A DNA stretch of 61,323 bases, filler included. It is 5 parts of 5 records of this genome, joined end to end, with 100 filler letters (N's around TTAATTAATTAA, not from the genome) between each part and the next. Parts side by side here need not be neighbours in the genome. Positions count along the whole stretch, not along the records: positions 26,898 to 40,776 come from DRR723986_4028; positions 40,877 to 54,615 come from DRR723986_4032; 3 more parts are not named here. One strand, written 5' to 3'. Under the pieces are notes generated by a model. That model searched no databases, was not told where the DNA came from, and was given only the letters and a program-made list of their open reading frames with translations. How positions within the stretch are numbered: position 1 is the stretch's first letter; each line of letters starts with the position of its first letter. Shown one piece after another: positions 39,601 through 49,986 of this stretch. A program made the position numbers and the translations under genes.

Positions 39601-40776
39601 ATGAACGAAATAACATCGCTGAACGCGAACCAGATCGCTGTGCAGGCCCCTGAAACAATGCCGCATTCCATCGAGGCTGAACAACAGCTTCTGGGTGCAA
39701 TACTGACCAATAACGACATTTATGATCGTGTTGCCTCGATCATCACGGCCAAGCATTTTTACGATCCGGTTCATGCCCGTATTTTCGACATTGCGGCCGC
39801 CCGCATCGCCAAGAACAACCTTGCCTCGCCCGTGACGCTCAAAGCCTTCATGGAAGACGACGAAGGCCTCAAGGAATTGGGCGGGCCGGCCTATCTGGCC
39901 CGGCTTGCAGGTGCTGCGATCTCTGCCTTTGCGGTGCGCGATTATGCGCAGATGATCTATGATCTGGCTGTGCGCCGCGACCTAATCCAACTGGGGCGCG
40001 ATATTTCGGCCAAGGCCGCGCAGGTCGATGTCAAATCAGAGCCACGCGAGCAAATCGTCGAGGCTGAACAACAGCTTTACAAGTTGGCCGAGCAAGGCCA
40101 GACCGAAAGCGGTTTTCAGAGCTTTCTCAAGGCGGTAACGGACGCTGTTAATGTGGCGAACGCCGCCTATCAGCGTGAAGGCGGGCTTGCAGGCCTGTCT
40201 ACCAAACTGAACGATCTGGACAACAAGCTGGGCGGTTTGCACAAGTCGGACCTTTTGATCCTCGCCGGTCGTCCGTCGATGGGCAAAACCTCACTGGCGA
40301 CCAATATCGCCTTCAACATCGCCAAGGCCTACCGCCGGGGCACGCGCCCCGATGGCACTGAGGGTGCTGTCGATGGCGGTGTGGTTGGCTTTTTCTCCCT
40401 TGAGATGAGCGCCGAGCAGCTCGCGGGCAGGATCTTGGCGGAAGCGTCAGAAATCTCCAGCCACAAAATCAGGCAGGGCGACATGGACGAAACCGAATTC
40501 CGCCGGTTCGTCAACGCCGCCAAGGATCTGGAGGCCTGCCCGCTTTTCATTGATGATACTGCCGCCATTCCGATTGCCCAGCTCTCTGCGCGGGCGCGAC
40601 GGCTCAAGCGGACGCACGGGCTGGATCTGCTGATCGTGGACTATCTGCAGCTGGTGCGCGGCACATCGGACAACCGCGTACAGGAAATTGGTGAGATTTC
40701 CATGGGCCTCAAGGCCATTGCCAAGGAACTGGATATTCCGGTGATTGCCCTGTCCCAGCTGTCGCGTCAGGTGGAA
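39601..40776 (+). CDS. dnaB: Replicative DNA helicase (3' truncated)
   Basis: PHSIEAEQQLLG, Walker A GRPSMGKT, FSLEMS, VDYLQL and LSQLSRQVE. Confidence 0.97.
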
Positions 40777-40876
40777 NNNNNNNNNNNNNNNNNNNNNNNN
40801 NNNNNNNNNNNNNNNNNNNNTTAATTAATTAANNNNNNNNNNNNNNNNNNNNNNNNNNNNNNNNNNNNNNNNNNNN
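40777..40876. other. Artificial contig spacer
   Basis: N-run with TTAATTAATTAA. Confidence 0.98.
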
Positions 40877-40877
40877 G

Positions 40878-41888
40878 GCGGCGAACTATCCGTTCTGCAC
40901 GATTGACCCCAATGAAGGAATCGTCAGTGTTCCGGATCCGCGGCTGGAGACAATCACGCAGTACATTAAGCCCAAGAAGGTCATTCCGGCGATCCTGAAA
41001 CTAGTGGACATCGCTGGTATCGTTCAGGGAGCCAGCGAGGGCCAAGGGCTGGGCAATAAGTTCTTATCTCACATTCGGCAGGTGGATGCCATTTTGCAAG
41101 TCGTTCGGTGCTTTGCCGACGATGACGTCATCCATGTCGCTGGTAAAGTCGACCCGGTGGCGGACGTGGATACGATCCACACCGAGCTGATGTTGGCTGA
41201 TATGCAGACACTCGAAAATGCACTGCCCAAAGCCGAACGTGCGGCTCGCAGCGGTGACAAAGAGGCCAAGCTTCGCGTGTCGGCGATCAAGCGTTGCCAG
41301 GAACACCTTGACAAGGGGTTGCCACTGAGAAGCCTTGAGATCCCGGAAGCGGAGGAGAAGGAGATTGCGAGCTACGGCTTGATGACGGCCAAGCCTATTC
41401 TGTACATCGCAAATGTTGACGAAGACGACTTGCACGGCGAAGGCGAACTCGCGACTGCCCTGAAGCAACAAGCTGAAAAGATGGGGGCACTGGTTGTTCC
41501 CGTTTGTGCCAAGCTGGAGTCGGAGCTTGCTGAGCTTGACGAACCAGATCGCCAGGAGCTACTCGAAGAGGTCGGCCTCAAAGAACCTGCACTGGCAACG
41601 GTCGCCCGTGAAGCGTACCGGACATTGGGCCTGCAGAGTTACTTCACCGCAGGCGAGAAGGAAGTGAGAGCTTGGCCGGTGCCAATCAATTCCACTGCCC
41701 CTCAAGGAGCTGGCGTTATCCACTCAGACTTCGAACGTGGCTTTATTCGCTGTGAGGTCTACACGCTTGCAGATCTGGAAGAGCACAAGTCGGAGAAGGA
41801 AATTCGCAACGCCGGCAAACTCCGAACTGAAGGCAAGACATACGTCCTTCAAGATGGCGACATTTGCCACTTCCTGTTCAACGTGTAA
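40878..41888 (+). CDS. ychF: Redox-regulated ATPase YchF (5' truncated)
   Basis: The frame upstream of the listed ORF reads [34 protein letters not shown] and [10 protein letters not shown] motifs. Confidence 0.97.
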   Translation, partial: AANYPFCTIDPNEGIVSVPDPRLETITQYIKPKKVIPAILKLVDIAGIVQGASEGQGLGNKFLSHIRQVDAILQVVRCFADDDVIHVAGKVDPVADVDTIHTELMLADMQTLENALPKAERAARSGDKEAKLRVSAIKRCQEHLDKGLPLRSLEIPEAEEKEIASYGLMTAKPILYIANVDEDDLHGEGELATALKQQAEKMGALVVPVCAKLESELAELDEPDRQELLEEVGLKEPALATVAREAYRTLGLQSYFTAGEKEVRAWPVPINSTAPQGAGVIHSDFERGFIRCEVYTLADLEEHKSEKEIRNAGKLRTEGKTYVLQDGDICHFLFNV

Positions 41889-41945
41889 CAGAACGACTAC
41901 TTCCGACAATCGCCCTTTATCAAAGTCATAAGGTCGCACCGGAGG

Positions 41946-42230
41946 TTAGCTGTCTTCCTCCGGCTTGCATGCCTCTTGGTACTTCGCCAGAATGCGACGA
42001 GTGATCTCGGTACCGTGCCGGTTCGCTTTGAGTCGCTGGAAGAAGCCGAGAACGATAACGACCAATCCAATCGCAACGGTAAGGCGGTTCTGCTCGGTTA
42101 GGCCCCAAACGGCCAGCCCAACGCCGACCAGCAAGTAGGAAGCATCGAACCATTGGCCATCGGTCTTGCCGTTGGAGATGTAGTCCAGCAAGTAAGCCTC
42201 ATCGTCGTCGAACTCGGGCGGCTTCGCCAT
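41946..42230 (-). CDS. Small membrane hypothetical protein (2 TM)
   Basis: GGAGA RBS-like site, ATG start and two hydrophobic segments. Confidence 0.6.
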   Translation of the reverse strand: MAKPPEFDDDEAYLLDYISNGKTDGQWFDASYLLVGVGLAVWGLTEQNRLTVAIGLVVIVLGFFQRLKANRHGTEITRRILAKYQEACKPEEDS

Positions 42231-42301
42231 GCTGCTGTTCTCCGTCTGTCAGTCCCTGAGTCTTCGCGGCATCTGCCGTGCCGCGGGCAGCGAACGTGTC
42301 G

Positions 42302-43033
42302 CTAGCCGTTGCGAGCGGCCATCAATCCGACGAGTAGCCCAATTTCCGCGTCGATTTCCTCTGGATCGTCGATGGTTTCTGCAACAACACTGCGTAGCGT
42401 CTGTGCAAACCGTTGCCGCAGGCGATGAAGCGCAACGCGAATCGCACCGCTGGTTAAGCCCGTCTGGCTCGCGAGCACGGCATAGTCCTCAGCGGTGAGT
42501 TGCCGACTGAGGACGGGCATCAAGGCGGAGAACACTTTGTTGCGATCTTGACTCGAGTACTCGGCACGCAACTGCCGGCGAACTTCGTCGAGCAGACTCT
42601 CCGCCCAGGCCAAATGGAAGATTTGATCAGGATCGTCACTCTTGGATTCCAGTTGCTGCCACGCCTGTTCGCCAGAATCAAAGTCGAGCGAGAACACTTG
42701 CGCTCCACCGCCGCGTTTCTGAGCCTGCTGGCTTCGGTAGCGATCGACCAAGAAGCGTTTGAGGGCGGTAAGGAGGAACGCGCGAAATTTCCCTTTTGCA
42801 GGATCGGCATCTTCGAGCAATTTGCCGGACACCAATCCTTGCAAGAAATCCTGAGTCGCATCTTCAGCGTCTTCACGACCAAGGCCGCGTCTGCGAGCAA
42901 AACTGTACAGCGGAAGCCAGTAGCGCCCGATGATCTCCTCCAAAGCAGGGCGACCTACACTGGAGTCCTGTTGGGCGGCCTGCCACAGCAGGGTCCAGCG
43001 TGTTGTCGCGAAAGCTTCGTGCGAGCTACTCAT
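42302..43033 (-). CDS. ECF sigma-70 factor (PVC-type)
   Basis: FATTRWTL, YWLPLY, DAEDATQDF, KGKFRAFLL, AQKRGG and IRVALHRLRQRF motifs. Confidence 0.88.
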   Translation of the reverse strand: MSSSHEAFATTRWTLLWQAAQQDSSVGRPALEEIIGRYWLPLYSFARRRGLGREDAEDATQDFLQGLVSGKLLEDADPAKGKFRAFLLTALKRFLVDRYRSQQAQKRGGGAQVFSLDFDSGEQAWQQLESKSDDPDQIFHLAWAESLLDEVRRQLRAEYSSQDRNKVFSALMPVLSRQLTAEDYAVLASQTGLTSGAIRVALHRLRQRFAQTLRSVVAETIDDPEEIDAEIGLLVGLMAARNG

Positions 43034-43052
43034 CAGAATGCCAATTGGGGAG

Positions 43053-44606
43053 CTAGGCGAGGATCTTCTTCACCACGTGGGCTTCTTCCACACCAGTCAG
43101 TTTTTGATTCAGTCCCTGGAATGGGAAGACCAGCCGATTGTGGTCGATGCCCAGTTGGTGCAAGATCGTTGCATTCAGGTCGCGAACATGAACGGCGTCA
43201 TCTTCAAAACGCGTCGTGATCTGGCCAGCCGAATCGACAATGTTGTAGCTGTACTCGTCGGTCTGCCCATGTTCGATGCCACCCTTGATCCCGCCGCCAG
43301 CCAGCCACGAGGTGAAGCAGCGTGGGTGGTGGTCGCGACCATACTTATCGCGAGTTTGATTGCCCTGGCAGTAAACGGTCCGACCAAACTCACCGCTGAA
43401 CACGACCAGAGTTTCATCTAGTAGACCGCGGTTTTCCAAGTCCTTCAGCAGTGCTGCGCAGGGTTGATCCACGTCGTAACACTGCGCCTTCATCTTGGGC
43501 GGCAAGTCGGCGTGGTGGTCCCAGCCACGATGATACAACTGAATGAACCGAACACCGCGTTCCACCATGCGACGGGCTAGCAGACAGTTGCGGGCAAAGG
43601 AGCCACTCTTGCCTACTTCGGGGCCATACATGTCGGTCACGTGCTCCGGCTCCGAGGACAGATCGGTCAACTCAGGAACCGAAGCCTGCATTCGAAATGC
43701 CATTTCCTGTTGTGCGATCGTCGTTGCAATCTCAGGGTCGCCGATGATGTCTTGGTGGTGGCGGTTCAGCGATCCAACCATGTCCAGCATCTTTCGGCGA
43801 TCAGCTCGCCCGACTCCATCAGGGTTGGACAGAAAGAGTACCGGATCGCCCGAAGCCTGCAGCAACACACCCTGATGCTTCGAAGGCAGAAACCCCGTGC
43901 CCCACAACCGGCTGTAGAGCGCTTGCACGTTTCTTTTGTCACCAGACCAGAATGCTGAATTCAGAACTAGAAAGCTGGGGATGTCCGCGTTGAGCGAGCC
44001 AAGCCCGTAACTAAGCCACGCCCCCATGCTTGCCTTGCCGGGGATTTCCGAACCGGTGCAAATGAGCGTTTTTCCCGGGTCGTGGTTAATCGCGTCGGTG
44101 TGCATCGATTTGACCAAGCATAGCTTGTCGACCTGCTTGGATAGGTGCGGCAACAGCTCACTCATCCATAGCCCGCTTTGCCCCTGCTGGGCAAATTTGA
44201 ACATCGACGGCTGAACCAGTTGCGTTTTTCCACGCGTCATCGCAGTTACGCGCTGGCCGCCACTGATTTCACTTGGGAGCGGCTCTTTGAAGCGTTCGCC
44301 TAAATTGGGCTTGTAGTCAAACAGGTCAAGCTGGCTCGGCGCTCCGGCCATGAAGAGAAAGATGACATGCTTCGCCTTGGCGGGAAAATGCGGTACTCCA
44401 TCGAGGCCACCCACGCGCTGCCCACTGGATGGAGCGGTCCCCCCAGTTGAATCGGTTGGCTGGAAACCACGCGCCTGCAACTGCGGCAGGAGCGAGCCGA
44501 GTGCGGTTGCCCCCAGCCCCATCCCGAGACGATTCAGAAAGACTCGACGATTACTTGCATCAGCAGCCTGTTGCATCTGCCAAAGCCGTTGCTTGCTTGT
44601 TTGCAT
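43053..44606 (-). CDS. DUF1501 family protein (sulfatase-like, Tat-like N-terminus)
   Basis: NRRVFL, VIFLFMAGAPSQLDLFDYKP, GWDHH, GEFGRT, GRDHH and WLAGGG motifs. Confidence 0.92.
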   Translation of the reverse strand: MQTSKQRLWQMQQAADASNRRVFLNRLGMGLGATALGSLLPQLQARGFQPTDSTGGTAPSSGQRVGGLDGVPHFPAKAKHVIFLFMAGAPSQLDLFDYKPNLGERFKEPLPSEISGGQRVTAMTRGKTQLVQPSMFKFAQQGQSGLWMSELLPHLSKQVDKLCLVKSMHTDAINHDPGKTLICTGSEIPGKASMGAWLSYGLGSLNADIPSFLVLNSAFWSGDKRNVQALYSRLWGTGFLPSKHQGVLLQASGDPVLFLSNPDGVGRADRRKMLDMVGSLNRHHQDIIGDPEIATTIAQQEMAFRMQASVPELTDLSSEPEHVTDMYGPEVGKSGSFARNCLLARRMVERGVRFIQLYHRGWDHHADLPPKMKAQCYDVDQPCAALLKDLENRGLLDETLVVFSGEFGRTVYCQGNQTRDKYGRDHHPRCFTSWLAGGGIKGGIEHGQTDEYSYNIVDSAGQITTRFEDDAVHVRDLNATILHQLGIDHNRLVFPFQGLNQKLTGVEEAHVVKKILA

Positions 44607-44634
44607 TCTTAATTCCGCACGACGGTTGATGGAG

Positions 44635-47211
44635 CTACTGATGATTTTTGACGGTATCGAGGCTGTAGATGGCATTGATCGTAAGCGTCAGGGCCGCACA
44701 GTCGATTGCTTCAGCTTCACTGATTTCTATCGAGGCATGTGACCGACGAGCCAATTGCAGGGCTTCGTCAGCGCGGTCCTGATACGAACCACGGAGAGTT
44801 TTGAAGCCTTCCCGAAGCGTCTGGGATTCGAATTCAGTGGGCAGATGACTAGTAATGGTTTCAAACGCAGTGTCAATTGCTTCGCCCGCGTCTAGTTGAT
44901 CGACCAACAGCAAGCGACTTGCGAGCGTGGCCGCGGCATCGACAAACAGCCCTTCGTTCATCAGAACCAGTGCCTGAAGCGGAGTGTTTGTGCGTTCCCG
45001 CCGAGCGATGCAGCTTTCCCGAGTTGGAGCGTCGAAGATCGTCATCTGCGGAGGCGGAAGAGCACGTTTCCAAAACGTATAAATGCTCCGGCGAACAATG
45101 TCTTTTCCTTCATCAGCAACGAACGAGTAGGTGCTGGACGACTTCATGGAAACATTCTTCCACAGACCGGGTGGCTGCGGCGGTTTTACGCTGCGGCCGT
45201 AGAGCGATTCGTAAAGCAGCCCGGATGTGAAAAGAATTTGGTCTCGGATGACTTCGCTATCAAGGCGGAATCTGGCTCCGCGAGCAAGCAGCCGATTCTG
45301 AGGATCAGCCCTGTACTGCTCAGGCTCCGATTCGGTAGTTTGTTGATAAGCTTTCGTCAGAACGATCCGGCGGATCAATTGCTTGGTATTCCAGCCCGAT
45401 TCGATGTACTCGCTGGCCAAGTAGTCGAGTAGCTTGGGGTGCGATGGCACTTCGCCCTGGTTGCCAAAGTCTTCACTGGTTCGGACGAGCCCAACACCAA
45501 AGAACTGTTGCCAGATGCGATTTACCGAAACGCGTGCCAGCAGCGGGTGGTCTGGTGAGGTGATCCACCGTGCAAGGTCGAGGCGATCAGCCAAGTCCCC
45601 ACGCGGCTCTAGGGGCGGCAAGAAGCCAGGCGTGGCACGCTGCACCAGTTCTCCGGGACTGTCGTACGCGCCGCGGATCAGAATGTGCGCTGCCCGCGGC
45701 TCCTTCCGCTCCTTCATGATCAACGTCGTAAGTACTTGAGACCGAACGGATTTGATTTTCGCATTGAGCGCAGCCAACTCCGATTCGAGCTCTTCGATTT
45801 GTTCTTTGTTTGTGTCGCCTGAGCTTGGTGCACTGCAACCGCTAGAGGAGTCAGCGCTGCTCGCATTGGACTCTTTGGGGTTAGCATTCTTGGCCGCATC
45901 CTTTGCAGACGCGAGCAATCGCTGAGTCGCGGCGACGGCCTGCTCAAGCTTTGCTAGTTCAGCCGACTGCTCAGGTGTCGGGAGTCGCAAAGCGGGTTCG
46001 TGGACGTTCCGGCCTGGCGTCTCAGGCGTGGCGTCGATGTTGTTGAAGAATGCGTATAGCTGGAAGAAGTCCCGCTGCGTGATTGGGTCGTACTTGTGGT
46101 CGTGACACACAGCACAACCAACCGTCAGCCCCATAAAGGCAGTCCCGAACGCCGTTGTCCGATCGACCACGTTTCGCACATGGCTTTCTTCGGGCAACGC
46201 AGTACCCTTGTCAATCACAAGATGTAACCGGTTGAACCCTGACGCGATCAGCTCGTCCTGCGTCGGAGAATCCAGCAGATCGCCAGCGATCTGGTCGGTG
46301 ACAAATTTGTCGTACGGCAGGTTCTGGTTGTAAGACCGAATGACCCAATCTCGGTAGGGCGTCATCTCTCGGAAATGGTCATGGTGAATGCCATTGGTAT
46401 CGGCAAATCGCACCAAGTCGAGCCAGTACTTGGCCATGTGCTCACCGTAGCGTGGCGAGTTTAGCAAGCGGTCCACCTGCGTTTCATAGGCGGTTGGCGT
46501 TTCGTCTGCCAAGAACTCTCCAAGTTCCTCGCGAGTTGGCGGCAAGCCAGTTAAGTCCAATGACAGGCGGCGAAGCAGCGTGCGACGATCTGCTTGCTCC
46601 TTCAAGACAGGCTGCTTTCCAGCGCTGGCGAGACGGGCGACGATCAGGGAATCTATGGGCGATGTCAGCTTGCTCGTTTCGTCTACAGCCGGTAGATCCG
46701 GCCGACTGATGGGGCGATAGGCCCAGAACTTCTCGACCTTTGCTCCTTGCTCGATCCAGCGCTTGATCTTCTCCCGCTGCTCAGCGTCCAACGGAGGGCG
46801 ATGTGAATCCGCTGGAGGCATGATCACATCGGGGTCGTCGCTCACGATACGTTGCCACAGCTCGCTGGATTCCAAGTCACCAGCAGTCAGGACATCCGTT
46901 AGCAGCGTATCGCCAGAACTGTTTTCTTCACCCGAGCTGTCTTGGTCGTCTGTCGCTAAATCCAACCTCAGGCCAGCCTCTCGGCTGGATGGGTCGGGCC
47001 CATGACAATGGTAACAGGCATCGGAGAGAATCGGCCGAATATCCGAATCGAAGTTTACAGTTGGTTCTTCGGCATGCAAACTTACATCGCAAACTGAGAC
47101 CGCCGCAAACAATCCAACAAGGATCTTGAAGCTCACTCGCGGTGCAAGTAAAAGATCTGATGGTTTGGCGCGTAGACGGTGGAACAGAAACGAACTTTGA
47201 AGTGAGCTCAT
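44635..47211 (-). CDS. Planctomycete cytochrome c / DUF1549 / DUF1553 (PSCyt/PSD1) protein
   Basis: Heme motifs CYHCH and CAVCHDHKYDP; WLDLVRFADT, PSHPKLLDYLA and TNTPLQAL. Confidence 0.93.
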   Translation of the reverse strand: MSSLQSSFLFHRLRAKPSDLLLAPRVSFKILVGLFAAVSVCDVSLHAEEPTVNFDSDIRPILSDACYHCHGPDPSSREAGLRLDLATDDQDSSGEENSSGDTLLTDVLTAGDLESSELWQRIVSDDPDVIMPPADSHRPPLDAEQREKIKRWIEQGAKVEKFWAYRPISRPDLPAVDETSKLTSPIDSLIVARLASAGKQPVLKEQADRRTLLRRLSLDLTGLPPTREELGEFLADETPTAYETQVDRLLNSPRYGEHMAKYWLDLVRFADTNGIHHDHFREMTPYRDWVIRSYNQNLPYDKFVTDQIAGDLLDSPTQDELIASGFNRLHLVIDKGTALPEESHVRNVVDRTTAFGTAFMGLTVGCAVCHDHKYDPITQRDFFQLYAFFNNIDATPETPGRNVHEPALRLPTPEQSAELAKLEQAVAATQRLLASAKDAAKNANPKESNASSADSSSGCSAPSSGDTNKEQIEELESELAALNAKIKSVRSQVLTTLIMKERKEPRAAHILIRGAYDSPGELVQRATPGFLPPLEPRGDLADRLDLARWITSPDHPLLARVSVNRIWQQFFGVGLVRTSEDFGNQGEVPSHPKLLDYLASEYIESGWNTKQLIRRIVLTKAYQQTTESEPEQYRADPQNRLLARGARFRLDSEVIRDQILFTSGLLYESLYGRSVKPPQPPGLWKNVSMKSSSTYSFVADEGKDIVRRSIYTFWKRALPPPQMTIFDAPTRESCIARRERTNTPLQALVLMNEGLFVDAAATLASRLLLVDQLDAGEAIDTAFETITSHLPTEFESQTLREGFKTLRGSYQDRADEALQLARRSHASIEISEAEAIDCAALTLTINAIYSLDTVKNHQ

Positions 47212-49112
47212 TTTCGATTCTTGAGTTGAGTGACTTTTATGTGGCGTATTCTGGGGAACAGCCTAAATTCCTCCTCCGCAGCCGGTGGAGCAATTCTGAA
47301 CGGGCGGATCAAATCTGGGATTCTGTTGGCGCGGTAGATAGACCAACCAAATTGGCTGCCGATACCGCTGTCGAGGCTGATTTCAAAGACGACTTCGTCG
47401 GCATCGTCGCGAGCAATCTCGAAGATCCTCGCCCATTGCCGATCAGAGGGTACATCGTCGGCGGGCGTTCCGCCAGCGGTTTCAATGTGGCCGCCGTCAG
47501 TGATCAACAGATTGTTTGTCTTCGGCAACCAATCGGCTTCACAATAGAACGGGCAGTAGAACGGATTTGAGTCGCCTCCATTGTACTCATACACGACATC
47601 AAACGTCATGGATTGTTCGTCGATCTTGAGCTCTAGAACCCGGCTCCGGTTGTCAGGCGCCATGGTTGCCTCAAAGAAAGGGCGAGCTCGATAGTTGCCG
47701 TTGTCGTACAGCAGCAAAGTCCCTTGGGGGGTGAGCTGTGGCGAGTGTTGGTGGTAGAACCAATCAAAGTCGCCCTTCGGCTTCAACAAGAGCTTGTCAA
47801 AACGGGCGTCCCAACCTCGCGGATCGCCCAGGATCCACTTGACCTCTTTTGTCTTCCAGTCAATTTTGTAGATACAATCCAGGTGCCGAAAAGAGACAAT
47901 AATCGCGTCTTCGTCGGGCAAGTACAACAATGCGTTCGCGTGACTCCAGTCCCGTGCCTTCTCGCCTAGCAAGTACTCGTACTTGTCCTTCCAGAAGCTT
48001 CCAAGTGATATGTAGCCGATACGGTCATCGTCAAGGATATCGCGCAAGTGGAATCGCTCCGCAATCTCGCCTGACTGTCTATCGAATTTGACAACCGTAT
48101 CGCAAACGACTTTCGCTGGCGCGGGAGGTGCATCAGGCTCGAACTCACTGACCGGGAAAGAATCAAACTGCTGAATCTCAGTTGCCAGTGTTAGCAGGTC
48201 GCCGTCTGGCAACTGCAAAATATCGTGATGCGTCGTATCAATCGCAACAGGAATTGATTCCTTATCGGGTGCAACGGTTAGATTAGTCCCGATCCAACGA
48301 TTGATGTCTCGACCCATGATGTCAATTTCATAGGCGTAACGGTAGTTGCCGTGCTGGTAGAGGATGTTGCCATTGTCCAGAATCCGCATATCTGCGATTC
48401 GATCATCGGTCTGGCAAAACCAGACCACTTCCCCCAGCTCATCAACGACGACGATGTAACCGTAGTCAAGAACGCTGACCGAGTCACGCCAGATGTTGGC
48501 AGCGAACATGGTCAAGCCAGGCTCCATTTTTTTCGGGTTGCTTCGAAGGACCCTCAACGGCGGGAAGCTATCGGGCAGCGGTGCCGTCGTAAACTCGAGT
48601 GGCTTGCTCAGTTGAGATTTGCCGGAACCCGGATCGGTAAGCTTGACTTGGATTGAGTGTTTTCGATCGGGCTTCATCCCCATCAAAGCAACTCGATGCC
48701 GCCGAGCTGCGGCAGACGGCCACTGCTGCTGCCAACTACGGTGCCCATCGTCGATCAAGAGTGAAGCGTTGACGTCCGTGGATGCCTCGATATCAATGAT
48801 TGCGATCAGCGGCGCTCTCTCGATCGGATTGGGCCGAATGCCTGGCTGGCTAACAAAAAGTTGCCCTGACTCCAGCGCCAACCGCGCTCGCCGCTCCGCG
48901 CTGCTCTCGACACAGCCACCACTTGCTGCCAAACATAACGAAAGAACTAACCCAAGCACCGGCTCGATGGAAGATCGACTCCATGATGCTGACTGCCAAC
49001 ATTTCAGACGGCTGAAAATCGCGAACAGCGACAACGATTCGTTCCCCCGAGAACGTCGCCGGGCGTTTGAGCTGCTGGAGAGTAGTTGCGAGGCGAGCGT
49101 TCTTGGAAACAT
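47208..49112 (-). CDS. Arylsulfotransferase (ASST) family protein
   Basis: N-terminal Ig-like NP..RAPLIA region; HHD, DWSHANAL, SFRH, WILG, YHQHSP and YDNGN motifs. Start uncertain. Confidence 0.85.
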   Translation of the reverse strand: MFPRTLASQLLSSSSNARRRSRGNESLSLFAIFSRLKCWQSASWSRSSIEPVLGLVLSLCLAASGGCVESSAERRARLALESGQLFVSQPGIRPNPIERAPLIAIIDIEASTDVNASLLIDDGHRSWQQQWPSAAARRHRVALMGMKPDRKHSIQVKLTDPGSGKSQLSKPLEFTTAPLPDSFPPLRVLRSNPKKMEPGLTMFAANIWRDSVSVLDYGYIVVVDELGEVVWFCQTDDRIADMRILDNGNILYQHGNYRYAYEIDIMGRDINRWIGTNLTVAPDKESIPVAIDTTHHDILQLPDGDLLTLATEIQQFDSFPVSEFEPDAPPAPAKVVCDTVVKFDRQSGEIAERFHLRDILDDDRIGYISLGSFWKDKYEYLLGEKARDWSHANALLYLPDEDAIIVSFRHLDCIYKIDWKTKEVKWILGDPRGWDARFDKLLLKPKGDFDWFYHQHSPQLTPQGTLLLYDNGNYRARPFFEATMAPDNRSRVLELKIDEQSMTFDVVYEYNGGDSNPFYCPFYCEADWLPKTNNLLITDGGHIETAGGTPADDVPSDRQWARIFEIARDDADEVVFEISLDSGIGSQFGWSIYRANRIPDLIRPFRIAPPAAEEEFRLFPRIRHIKVTQLKNRK

Positions 49113-49331
49113 CAAATCTCTCGAATTCGCAGTCCTCGCGTGCAACGGTTACGCGCCGAGGGCTTACGGCTGGTGGCAAAATAGTCCAATTCTTGACCTT
49201 GCGATTCTAACAGAACCTTAACCATAACGCTGGCGATTGCGCAGCCCTGCGCGTGATCGCTACTGGACTCCGTACCGCTGGGCCCTTACAACGAAGCCAG
49301 TCATCCAACCCAGTACGATGAAACCGCTTCC

Positions 49332-49907
49332 ATGAAACACTCACCGTCATCACCGGCATGCCAATCTGCGTCTCATCGAACTGTTGAGGTCGATCCGTAT
49401 GCAGTCTTGGGTGTAGACCCAGCATCAAGTCCAGAAGAAGTCACTGCTGCCTACAAGCACGTTGAGGAGACCCTGAGCAAGCGAGCGGCGGAGCCCTGGA
49501 TCCGACAGGCCGCACGGGATTCATACAGGGCATTGACCGAACCAGCTACTACTAAGGGATCGGAAGCCGCCGCACCGAAGCACCTAGGACTGACGGGCGA
49601 ATTGCTGCTTCAGAACGAAATGACTTATTTCATCCTTGTCAGCGTGATGGATTTCTTCCTTACTTACCTACTCCTGAACCTTGGTGCGATCGAAGCGAAT
49701 CCAGTTGCAAACCTGCTGTACAAGCGTTTCGATTTCGCTGGGATGTTGGCGTTCAAACTCATCATCGTTGCAATTGTTTGCATCGTCACTCAAGTAATTG
49801 CGCAGCGGAATCTCAAATACGGAAGGTTTGTGATCTGGGTGGGGATCATTGTCACTGGCCTTGTGGTTATCTACAGCATGCGATTGCTGAGCGGGCAATT
49901 AAGCTAG
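49332..49907 (+). CDS. J-domain-like N-terminus fused to a DUF5658-like membrane domain
   Basis: DPYAVLGV...EEVTAAYK without HPD; DFFLTY...EANPVA...FK membrane motif. Confidence 0.65.
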   Translation: MKHSPSSPACQSASHRTVEVDPYAVLGVDPASSPEEVTAAYKHVEETLSKRAAEPWIRQAARDSYRALTEPATTKGSEAAAPKHLGLTGELLLQNEMTYFILVSVMDFFLTYLLLNLGAIEANPVANLLYKRFDFAGMLAFKLIIVAIVCIVTQVIAQRNLKYGRFVIWVGIIVTGLVVIYSMRLLSGQLS

Positions 49908-49986
49908 CGACGCAAAGACACATCTGCCAGGTTCGTTTGATCGATCTCGCATCGAACCTTTCAACACGATACCTTTGCCCTTCTCG

